Source of the DNA: an uncultured Pseudomonadota bacterium
Lineage (GTDB): Bacteria > SAR324 > NAC60-12
Direction: 5' to 3'
Assembly: GCA_913020725.1 (NCBI GenBank)
Contig: CAJWCD010000020.1
Location: 1-32,672 of the forward strand
Length of the DNA stretch: 32,672 nucleotides
The translations under genes were made by a program, and so were the position numbers. Below, in pieces: positions 9,144 through 16,977 of the stretch (positions are counted from its first letter, which is position 1; every line of letters begins with the position of its first letter). A model generated the notes under the pieces. It was not told where the DNA came from. It was given only the letters and a program-made list of their open reading frames with translations, and ran no database searches.

Positions 9144-10490
9144 CTACTTGTGGCGCTTGATGATGTGAAACCCGAACGGCGTTTCCACAATGTCGCTCAC
9201 CTCGTCAGGTTTGAGCGCAAACACCGCCTTGTCAAACTCCGGGACCATCTGCCCCCGCGTGAACGATCCCAGCAATCCACCTTTGGGAGCCGAGGGACCG
9301 TTGGAGTGAACCTTGGCGAGTTCAGCGAATTCCTTGCCAGCTTCTAAATCGGCAACCAGCAATTTTGCCATTTCCAACGCCTCTCCCCGGCTGCGGTTTT
9401 GTGTGGAGCGCATTGCCCCCTTGAAAGACAGCAGGATGTGGCTGGCCGTTACCTTCTCCAACTTAACCCGGTGGAAGATGAGGTAGCCGAAGGGGGAATC
9501 CACCGGATCGCTGATCTGCCCCTCTTTGAGCCTGAGCGCGGACTGAAAAAATGGTGGAGCGCCCTTGCGGTTGAGCATTGGGACCCGAGTCTGCGCCGGA
9601 AGATCCGTGAGTTGCGAGACCAACTCCATGAAATCCACCCCCTTGCCGCGGGCAAGCTCGACGACTTGCTCAGCGATTTTCTGCGCTCCGGCTTTGTCGT
9701 AGTAGAGGTTCGCTTTCGGGACACGGGAGCCTTGGTAGGCAATCACCAGCAGTTCCAGCGAGACCTCTTCGGCCTCGGGCTGCCCAGCGCGGGGAGTTCG
9801 TTTCGGATCGGGTTTAGCGTTGATTTTCGGGAGCGTTTTTTTGTTTTTTTCTGCGAGTTTACGCTGTACGGCCTGAACCTGCTCTGCAAGTTTGGTGGGG
9901 TCGAACTGCTTGGCCTCTTCCCCCACGCGCTCAATCTTCAAGCTCACGATGGTGTCGCCCTGCTGCACGGCGTTGACCACCTCCATTCCGGAAGTCACTT
10001 CCCCGAAAATCGTGTGCTTGCCGTCCAGCCACGGGGTGGGAACATGGGTGATGAAAAACTGGCTACCGTTGGTGTTGGGACCGGCGTTGGCCATCGAGAG
10101 GATGCCAGAACGGTCGTGCTTGAGATCGGGGTGGATTTCGTCCTCGAATTGGTAGCCCGGACCTCCCGAACCGGTCGCCAGTGGATCGCCACTCTGGATC
10201 ATGAAATTTGGAATCACACGGTGAAAGCTGAGTCCATCGAAGAAGCGACCATCTTGGGGTTTTTTCGTGATGGGGTCCAGCCACTGCTTGGTGCCTTCGG
10301 CGAGTCCCACAAAATTGGCAACGGTGTTAGGGGCGTGCTGGTGGTGCAGGCGCAGCAGGATTTCCCCCCGCGAGGTCGTCATGCGGGCGTACAAACCATC
10401 TGGAAGTTGGCCTGCCGCCACGCCGAGCAACGGCCCAGCAACGGTCGTGATCAGGAAGAGGAAGAGAAATTTTCTAAAGAAAATGGTCAT
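9144..10490 (-). CDS. Exported peptidyl-prolyl isomerase: cyclophilin domain plus two parvulin domains
   Basis: N-terminal signal peptide. Cyclophilin motifs [43 protein letters not shown]. Degenerate parvulin ending [14 protein letters not shown]. Canonical parvulin ASHILL...[14 protein letters not shown]...ETPFGFHII. Confidence 0.9.
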   Translation of the reverse strand: MTIFFRKFLFLFLITTVAGPLLGVAAGQLPDGLYARMTTSRGEILLRLHHQHAPNTVANFVGLAEGTKQWLDPITKKPQDGRFFDGLSFHRVIPNFMIQSGDPLATGSGGPGYQFEDEIHPDLKHDRSGILSMANAGPNTNGSQFFITHVPTPWLDGKHTIFGEVTSGMEVVNAVQQGDTIVSLKIERVGEEAKQFDPTKLAEQVQAVQRKLAEKNKKTLPKINAKPDPKRTPRAGQPEAEEVSLELLVIAYQGSRVPKANLYYDKAGAQKIAEQVVELARGKGVDFMELVSQLTDLPAQTRVPMLNRKGAPPFFQSALRLKEGQISDPVDSPFGYLIFHRVKLEKVTASHILLSFKGAMRSTQNRSRGEALEMAKLLVADLEAGKEFAELAKVHSNGPSAPKGGLLGSFTRGQMVPEFDKAVFALKPDEVSDIVETPFGFHIIKRHK

Positions 10491-10737
10491 CCGGAAAGTG
10501 AAGCAAAGTGGTTAGATGAAGTCGAAATACACATCATTCTTGGCAGACTGTCAAGGTATCGGTCATGCCTTCAGGTCACAAGCTTTTTGTCCGGCGGTTT
10601 TGCGATAGAGCCAGGGAGTGCAAGGGAATCGTTTGAAGTTCGTGGGGCCGGATGCTACCGTTCCATGTAGCAAACTTCAAACTTGGAATAATCCCTCGTG
10701 AAACTCACCACCGAGTCTCAGAGTGTGCAGAGGAAAA

Positions 10738-12081
10738 ATGCTTCCTGATTCCCAAGAAGCGGTTGATTGGCTGAGTGTGCTGGGGCTGCTGCGCTATGCG
10801 AGTCCGAGACGTCTTACCCATGTTCCGGTGGCGCTCACGCCCTACTGCGCCCCACAACATTTGCTCAAGACAGTCACCGCGCTTTCCAGCCCCTTCCAAC
10901 TGCTGATGCATCGGGTGGCTGACGACTGGGCGTTTTTGGAGGATACTCTGGGCACGGCAGCGCGACATGATGATTTTCTGCAACGGTTGTTTGGCTTTCG
11001 CCTGCGGGAAAACTCCCAGCCCTGGAGGTTGTTGATTTCTCGGAACGACTTTTTTGTCGTCCCGGAAGGGGCAGGACTGGGGTTACGGCAGGTGGAGTTC
11101 AATACAATCTCTGCCAGTTTTCCGCACCTCGCTGAACGACTTTTCCGCTTTCACCAACTGCTTTATCGCAATCAGCCGGACCGCCTCAGTGTCTTGCTCC
11201 CGAACGATCCGCTGACCCCGATCAGCACAGGAATCGCCGAAGCCGTGCAGGTTCACGGTGCCTCGAACGGGGTGGTGCTGATGATCGTGCAGCCAGCGGA
11301 ATCAAATCGACTGGATCAGCGCGGCCTTGAGCAACGGCTCTTGCAGCAGCACGGCCTCAGCACCGTGCGGGCCACCCTTGCGGATGTGGCCGTGCAGGGA
11401 AAACTGCGGGACGGCACCCTGCGGCTTGGAGGGGAACGTGTTGCGGTGGTGTACTATCGCGCCGGATACACGCCCAGCGATTTTGTGCATCCGGACGCAG
11501 GAGCCGGTCGTCGCCTGCTGGAGGCATCCGATGCGATCCAAATTCCTGACTTGGCCATGCAGTTGGCCGGAATGAAAAAGGTGCAGCAACGGCTGACGAG
11601 TCTGGAGGTGCTGACACGTTTTGTCTCAGAATCCCAAGCTGCAGAACTGCTGGAGGTCTTCGCCGAAATGCACAGCCTTGACGCAGATTCCAAGGATGCG
11701 GAATTTGCGCTTGCCGAAGCCTCCAAGCATCCGGAACGTTTTGTCCTCAAGCCCCAACGTGAGGGTGGAGGTCACAACGTGTATGGCGCCGAAATTGTTA
11801 AGCTGTTGGCAGAAATGCCTCCGGAAGAACGCTCCGGTTGGGTGTTGATGGAACGACTGCATCCCGTCCCACACGATGCCGTCTTGCTGATGGATCACCA
11901 ATCCCAATCCCTGCGCTGTGTCAGTGAATTGGGACGTTACGGGGTTTTGCTTGCCAAGGGGAATGAAGTCCGCCTCAACAAAGACGCAGGCTACTTGGTG
12001 CGGACCAAGGGGGCGGAGGTGGACGAAGGTGGAGTGAGCGCAGGCTATGCCTGCCTCAACAGCCTCGTCCGGGAGCGCTGA
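10738..12081 (+). CDS. Glutathione synthetase, eukaryotic (GSS/GSH2) type
   Basis: SRNDF, QVEFNTISASF, VVYYRAGYTP, QLAGMKKVQQ, FVLKPQREGGGHNVYG, VLMERL, VSELGRYG, GYLVRTK...EGGVSAG. ATG at 10738 follows GAGGAAAA. Confidence 0.9.
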   Translation: MLPDSQEAVDWLSVLGLLRYASPRRLTHVPVALTPYCAPQHLLKTVTALSSPFQLLMHRVADDWAFLEDTLGTAARHDDFLQRLFGFRLRENSQPWRLLISRNDFFVVPEGAGLGLRQVEFNTISASFPHLAERLFRFHQLLYRNQPDRLSVLLPNDPLTPISTGIAEAVQVHGASNGVVLMIVQPAESNRLDQRGLEQRLLQQHGLSTVRATLADVAVQGKLRDGTLRLGGERVAVVYYRAGYTPSDFVHPDAGAGRRLLEASDAIQIPDLAMQLAGMKKVQQRLTSLEVLTRFVSESQAAELLEVFAEMHSLDADSKDAEFALAEASKHPERFVLKPQREGGGHNVYGAEIVKLLAEMPPEERSGWVLMERLHPVPHDAVLLMDHQSQSLRCVSELGRYGVLLAKGNEVRLNKDAGYLVRTKGAEVDEGGVSAGYACLNSLVRER

Positions 12082-12084
12082 GGG

Positions 12085-13125
12085 TCAGGTTTGCAGTTCG
12101 ATGCTGGAGAGCAAGTCCAGTTCGTCCAGCACTTTTCCGGTGCCCTCTGCAACAGCAGTGAGCGGATCCTCGGCGTGGAAAACCGGCAAGCCCACCTGAT
12201 GCCGCAGCAGGAAATCCAACCCGGAGAGCAGCGAACCGCCACCCGCCAGCACGATACCGCGATCCACGATGTCCGCCGCGAGTTCCGGAGGGGTGGATTC
12301 CAGCGCGTTGCGGACGGTTTTGACGATTTGGTCGCAGACATCAGCCAACGCCTCCATGATCTCCTCCTCGCCGAGGATGAGCGTTTTCGGAATCCCCGTC
12401 ACCAAATCGCGGCCCCGGACTTCATGAGTGCGAGCATCGCCTTGGAGGAACGCCGAGCCGATTTTGATCTTGATCTCCTCGGCAGTGCGCTCGCCGATGA
12501 GCAGGTTGTACTTTTGCTTGACAAACTGGATGATGGTGTCGTCCATGCGGTCGCCACCCACCCGTGCAGAATCGCTGTAGACGATCCCAGCGAGAGAGAT
12601 GACTGCGACTTCGGTGGTGCCGCCACCGATGTCCACGATCATGCTGCCGCTGGCTTCGGTCACAGGCAGTCCCGCCCCAACCGCTGCGGCCATCGGCTCC
12701 TCGATCAGGAAGACTTCCCGCGCTCCAGCCGATTCAGCGGCTTCCTTGACGGCGCGGCGTTCGACTTGGGTGATTCCGGAGGGCACGGCGATGATGATAC
12801 GCGGCTTGAAACGGAAGAACGAGAAGCGGCGTTGGCACTGGCGGATGAAGTAGCGCAGCATCTCCTGTGTGATGTCGAAATCGGAGATCACTCCATCCTT
12901 CATGGGGCGAATCGCCGTGATCGATCCCGGAGTGCGGCCTAGCATCTGCTTGGCTTCTTCGCCAACGGCCAGCACCTTGTAGTTCCCCCGAGAGTCGCGT
13001 TGCACGGCCACCACGGACGGCTCCCGAATCACGATACCGTGGTGCTTCATGTAGACTAGGGTGTTCGCGGTGCCCAAGTCAATGGCCAGGTCCTGTGCAA
13101 AAAAGCTGGAGAACTTGTTTTTCAT
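12085..13125 (-). CDS. mreB: Rod shape-determining actin-like protein MreB
   Basis: [69 protein letters not shown]. Confidence 0.97.
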   Translation of the reverse strand: MKNKFSSFFAQDLAIDLGTANTLVYMKHHGIVIREPSVVAVQRDSRGNYKVLAVGEEAKQMLGRTPGSITAIRPMKDGVISDFDITQEMLRYFIRQCQRRFSFFRFKPRIIIAVPSGITQVERRAVKEAAESAGAREVFLIEEPMAAAVGAGLPVTEASGSMIVDIGGGTTEVAVISLAGIVYSDSARVGGDRMDDTIIQFVKQKYNLLIGERTAEEIKIKIGSAFLQGDARTHEVRGRDLVTGIPKTLILGEEEIMEALADVCDQIVKTVRNALESTPPELAADIVDRGIVLAGGGSLLSGLDFLLRHQVGLPVFHAEDPLTAVAEGTGKVLDELDLLSSIELQT

Positions 13126-13159
13126 GGAAGGTTGCGGCTAGATTCTGAAACTTAATAAT

Positions 13160-13310
13160 GATGGTCTCGCAAGAACCCAATGGCACCGACTTCTGAAAAA
13201 ATTCGGATGCTCAGAACACCGCAGGTTGAACGAAAAGGGTGTCTCGAATGGTTGAGAGACCCCAGAAATCGACTAATTTATCACCTCAGAGGACTTCTTG
13301 CGAGACCATC
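13160..13310. mobile_element. MITE-like non-autonomous element (~151 bp)
   Basis: Perfect 17-bp inverted repeats TGATGGTCTCGCAAGAA (13159-13175) and TTCTTGCGAGACCATCA (13295-13311). Near-duplicated AT-rich flanks AACTTAATAAT (13149-13159) and AACTAATAAT (13311-13320). No transposase. Confidence 0.7.
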
Positions 13311-13640
13311 AACTAATAATCAACGATTACAGGAATTCAGCAAGCTATTTCTTGGATTAATGACAAGCGCAGGAAGAATGCCCCCCCACAGGTGCCGCTG
13401 GAAACGCACGAAAAAGACGGACACGTCGGCTTTTTGACTGGAACCCCACAGGCACTATGTGCCATGGCTAGAGGTGCGGATTTCGGAATTTTTCGAGTCA
13501 GCCTAGGAACCGTCTGTGTGAGCCAGCACTTCTCAGAAATCGCAGGTGCAGGTGTATTAAAGCGGAGAGGGCTTGCAATTGACTGCAAGATTCTCATAAG
13601 GTTCTCCATTGTTTTGTTTGTGAAATAGCCAACACACCCC

Positions 13641-13970
13641 ATGACGAAATCCCAACTCATCCGGCTCCTTATGGAGCAGAGCGACACTCCGGCGGAGGAC
13701 TCTAGCAAGGTGGTCCGCATTTTTTTTGACAGCATCAAAAGTGCTTTGCAGAAGGGAGATAAGGTAGAAATCCGTGGCTTCGGCTCGTTCATTCTCAAGA
13801 AGTACAGCAAGTACACGGGGCGCAATCCGCGCACGGGCGAGTCCGTCCGCGTGGGTAAAAAGAAGCTGCCGATCTTCAAACCGGGCAAGGAATTGCGTGA
13901 GCGGATCGACGACTCCAAGGAGACGGTGGAGATCAGGAAGCAGGTCCGGAAAAAAGCCAAGCTACGCTGA
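13641..13970 (+). CDS. HU/IHF family DNA-binding protein (IHF beta-like)
   Basis: MTKSQLI...GDKVEIRGFGSF...GRNPRTGESV...P.FKPGKELRERI, with a short basic C-terminal tail. Confidence 0.93.
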   Translation: MTKSQLIRLLMEQSDTPAEDSSKVVRIFFDSIKSALQKGDKVEIRGFGSFILKKYSKYTGRNPRTGESVRVGKKKLPIFKPGKELRERIDDSKETVEIRKQVRKKAKLR

Positions 13971-13992
13971 CGGCACTTCTGTCGGCACCCGC

Positions 13993-15048
13993 TCACTTAT
14001 CGGATTCTGATTCGGTGGCGTCCCGGAAGCGTTTGGGCGGTGCCATGACCTCGCTGATCTGCACCGCAATTTTGCCCTTGTAGGCGCCCTGTACGCCCCG
14101 GAACTTAAGCTGGCCGTTGACCAGCACTGGCAAGGGTTGGTCGTGTTCCTGATCGAGCAGAATCCGGTCGCCGACCTTGAGTTTGAGAAAGTGCCGCAAC
14201 GAGATGCGGGCATAACCCAGCGGCACCTGCACCGTGAGATTTGACCCCAGCAGGTTCCGGGTCAGCCGACCCACGTTGACTTGGTTTTCCTCCGCGTCAG
14301 CAATCTGGTAGGTCGTGTCCAATCGCGAGCCGATGGGGTCGAGCATGTAGTAAGGAATCCCAATGGAGAGGGCCATTGGCACACGGTTCACCTCGACATC
14401 GAAGGTGGTGACGACCACCACCTCACTGTCCGGCACCACTGCGGCGGATTTTGCGTTGGATTCGGTGCGCTCAAAGCGGGTGACCGTGAGGGGACTGATG
14501 GGTTTCCACGCCTTGGTGAGATCTTCCAATCCGGAGTTGACCACCTTCTCGACCATCTTGGCTTCGATGGCGGTGAATCCCTTACGAGGATTCTGGGGGC
14601 CTGCGTATCCAGAGCCGCCCAAACGCAGGTCAATCAGCACCCGCCCCAAACGTTGCTCCAGCGCAAACACCGCCAAGCCGTGCAGCGGGGGCAGGCTGAA
14701 GCGGGTGATGGAGTACGGATCTTGGAGGGTTTCTAGATAGTCCTTCATGCTCACCATCTCGGTTGCCCGGCGCAGGATCGCGATGGAGCGCCGCAGGTGC
14801 TGCGTGAGTGTTTGGGAGAACATGCGGGCAAAGCGGTCATGTACGGCTTCCAGCCCGGGCATGCGCCCCCGGATGATGCGGTTGTGCTGGGCGAGGTCAT
14901 ACGAAGCCACCTCCGACGGTGGTTCTGCGTCTGCCCTTTTTTTGCGGCCCCTCGTGGGAGAGGGCGCACCCTTGGAATCCTTGCGGGCTTTGTCGATCAC
15001 CTGATCGAGGAGTCGGCTCAACGCCTTTGGAGAAGGTTCACTCGGCAT
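13993..15048 (-). CDS. fliM: Flagellar motor switch protein FliM homolog
   Basis: YDL...RIIRGRMPGLE..HDRFAR, LGGSG (GGxG FliG-binding motif), FTAIE, AWKPI, C-terminal SPOA domain (LKLKVGDRILL...VNGQLKFRG..G..KGKIAVQI). Confidence 0.85.
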   Translation of the reverse strand: MPSEPSPKALSRLLDQVIDKARKDSKGAPSPTRGRKKRADAEPPSEVASYDLAQHNRIIRGRMPGLEAVHDRFARMFSQTLTQHLRRSIAILRRATEMVSMKDYLETLQDPYSITRFSLPPLHGLAVFALEQRLGRVLIDLRLGGSGYAGPQNPRKGFTAIEAKMVEKVVNSGLEDLTKAWKPISPLTVTRFERTESNAKSAAVVPDSEVVVVTTFDVEVNRVPMALSIGIPYYMLDPIGSRLDTTYQIADAEENQVNVGRLTRNLLGSNLTVQVPLGYARISLRHFLKLKVGDRILLDQEHDQPLPVLVNGQLKFRGVQGAYKGKIAVQISEVMAPPKRFRDATESESDK

Positions 15049-15062
15049 TTGTAGGTTCGTCG

Positions 15063-15524
15063 TTGAAACTTGGAGTCTTGGTTTATATTGAGGATGCAGG
15101 GCGGGTGCTGATGATCCACCGCGAGAAGGCAGACGAGCACCGGGGCTTGTACCTTGCGCCCGGCGGGAAACTCGAAGCCAACGAAGCGCCCATCGAAGCC
15201 GCTATCCGCGAGACCGATGAGGAAACGGGACTGCAAATCCACCAGCCGAAATTGAAGGCGGTGCTGACCTTCCCGGATATGGGGGATTCTCCTTTTGGAG
15301 ACGAGTGGCAGGTGTATGTCTTCCACGTTGTCAAATTCTCCGGAATCCTGCGGGACGACTGCCCCGAGGGGGAGCTGGAGTGGGTGCCCCGCGACAAACT
15401 GCTCGACCTGCCCATGTGGGAGGGGGACCGGCTTTTCACGCCAAAGATTTTTGAACCCGGATGTTTCACAGCAAAGTTTCTCTATCGTGGATCAGACCTG
15501 CAAGATTACGCATTTTGGAAGTGA
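15063..15524 (+). CDS. Nudix hydrolase, MutX/MTH1-like 8-oxo-dGTP diphosphatase
   Basis: Nudix box GGKLEANEAPIEAAIRETDEETGL, EGELEW, MWEGDRLF. TTG start at 15063 is inferred because earlier starts overlap fliM. Confidence 0.85.
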   Translation: MKLGVLVYIEDAGRVLMIHREKADEHRGLYLAPGGKLEANEAPIEAAIRETDEETGLQIHQPKLKAVLTFPDMGDSPFGDEWQVYVFHVVKFSGILRDDCPEGELEWVPRDKLLDLPMWEGDRLFTPKIFEPGCFTAKFLYRGSDLQDYAFWK

Positions 15525-15534
15525 GCGCAAGCCC

Positions 15535-15885
15535 ATGTCAGGCTCCTTGTTGAAACACGTCGTGCGCCTTTGCCTCGTAGGCGCACTCGGCTTGTTGGTT
15601 TTGGGCGGCTGCCGCATTCAGGTGCAGTATCCCTCTGAAACGCCGTCCGAGCAAGTCATTGTTGAGGAACGCACCTACTGGCTCTGGGGTCTGATCGGCG
15701 AAACCTCCTACGAAGCGTATGACCTCTGCACGGAAGGTCGCGTGTACGAACTCAGCCACGACGCGACTTGGAGGCAGGGATTGATCGCGGTCGGCACCTT
15801 GGGCATCTACTGTCCGCGCACGATCACCATCACCTGCTCGGACCGGGGTCGGGATCCCGTCACGAAACTGGATCCCGACGCCTGA
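15535..15885 (+). CDS. Bor/Iss-like small lipoprotein
   Basis: Signal peptide with lipobox LGGC. YWLWGLIG...C...GLIAVGTLGIYCPRTITITC fits the Bor family pattern. Confidence 0.7.
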   Translation: MSGSLLKHVVRLCLVGALGLLVLGGCRIQVQYPSETPSEQVIVEERTYWLWGLIGETSYEAYDLCTEGRVYELSHDATWRQGLIAVGTLGIYCPRTITITCSDRGRDPVTKLDPDA

Positions 15886-15897
15886 CCCTTTATTGTG

Positions 15898-16932
15898 TCA
15901 GCGCGTTTTCCGGCAGATGTTCCCAAAAATCTCCCGGAGTAGCACTCCCGCCAACTCGGCCTCAAACTTCAGGCGCAGTTCCATTTTTCCCAAAAGGGCA
16001 TACACCCGCGTCAGTTCCGCATACTTGAACTGCCGTGCATGGGTAATCGCCTGCTTGCCGATGAACCCGGGTAACCCCAGTTTTTTCAAAATGTCGGATT
16101 GCGGTTTCCCGGATTCCAGCATGCTGCTGATCAGCAACAACCTCCGGAACTGCTGCACCACGAGCATGTAGAGTCGCACGTGCTCACGAGGGGCTTGCTC
16201 AAGCTGCTGCTGCAACACATCGAGCGCCTTGCGCAAATCCCGCTGGGCCAGTGCGTCCACCATAGCAAACACCGAGAAATGCCGATGTCCCTGCACGGCT
16301 TCGGCGACCATCGCTTCCGTTAGTTCCGAGGCGTCGGGATGTAGAAGTGAGAGCTTCTCCAATTCCTGATCAAGGTCTCCTACGTCATTGCCCACCACTC
16401 GAATCAACATTCCCGCGACCTGCGGGGAAATGCGGATGCCCTTGCCTCCGGCTCGGTGGCGCACCCAGTCGCTGGGATTGTCGTTGTCGTAAGCGATAAA
16501 CCGCTGCACGTTTCCGAATTGCTTGGCCGCCTTCAGCAGCGGCTGGCTGAGTTCTGAATCCCGCCCGGCGGCACTGGTCAGCACCAACCACAGGTGTTCC
16601 GGAGGTGCGGCGATCCTCCGCAGAATCGTCTCGAACAGCGCAGCACCATTGGGTCCACCACTGCGCCCGCCCCCCTTCTTGATCTGCTCCGCCTGATCAA
16701 TCCGGACCACCACACGGTCACTGAACATCGAGGGACTTTCCAGCGTGTTGAGCAACGCTTCCAGCCGCAACGAGACCTCTTCGCCATCCCGCACCAGCTC
16801 AGCAGCAGAAAAACGTTCGTAGCCCAATGAACGCTCCGTCTCTCCCAAGGCATGTTGCACGGCGGCCTCGGCGGCTTCGTTCACCAGCAATCCGCGGTTG
16901 CCGTAGAAAAGCTGGATTTTCTGGTCGGGCAT
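15898..16932 (-). CDS. holA: DNA polymerase III delta subunit
   Basis: LFYG, SPSMFSDRVVVRI, VGNDVGDLDQELEKLSL, SVFAMVDAL, ~340 aa. Confidence 0.85.
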   Translation of the reverse strand: MPDQKIQLFYGNRGLLVNEAAEAAVQHALGETERSLGYERFSAAELVRDGEEVSLRLEALLNTLESPSMFSDRVVVRIDQAEQIKKGGGRSGGPNGAALFETILRRIAAPPEHLWLVLTSAAGRDSELSQPLLKAAKQFGNVQRFIAYDNDNPSDWVRHRAGGKGIRISPQVAGMLIRVVGNDVGDLDQELEKLSLLHPDASELTEAMVAEAVQGHRHFSVFAMVDALAQRDLRKALDVLQQQLEQAPREHVRLYMLVVQQFRRLLLISSMLESGKPQSDILKKLGLPGFIGKQAITHARQFKYAELTRVYALLGKMELRLKFEAELAGVLLREIFGNICRKTR

Positions 16933-16977
16933 GACGGAGGTTTGGGCAGCGGGACGGACAGGGAATTTTGAGAGGGG

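Noticed and set aside
10526..10554. Minus-strand TTGACA-N17-TGTATT upstream of the PPIase run
   Set aside because: The -35 box is perfect but the -10 box is weak, so it is not enough to call a promoter.
13180..13437. 85-aa ORF and a TGGCAC at 13181 as a possible sigma54 site
   Set aside because: The ORF starts inside the MITE-like element and has no motifs. The TGGCAC lacks the -12 TTGC.
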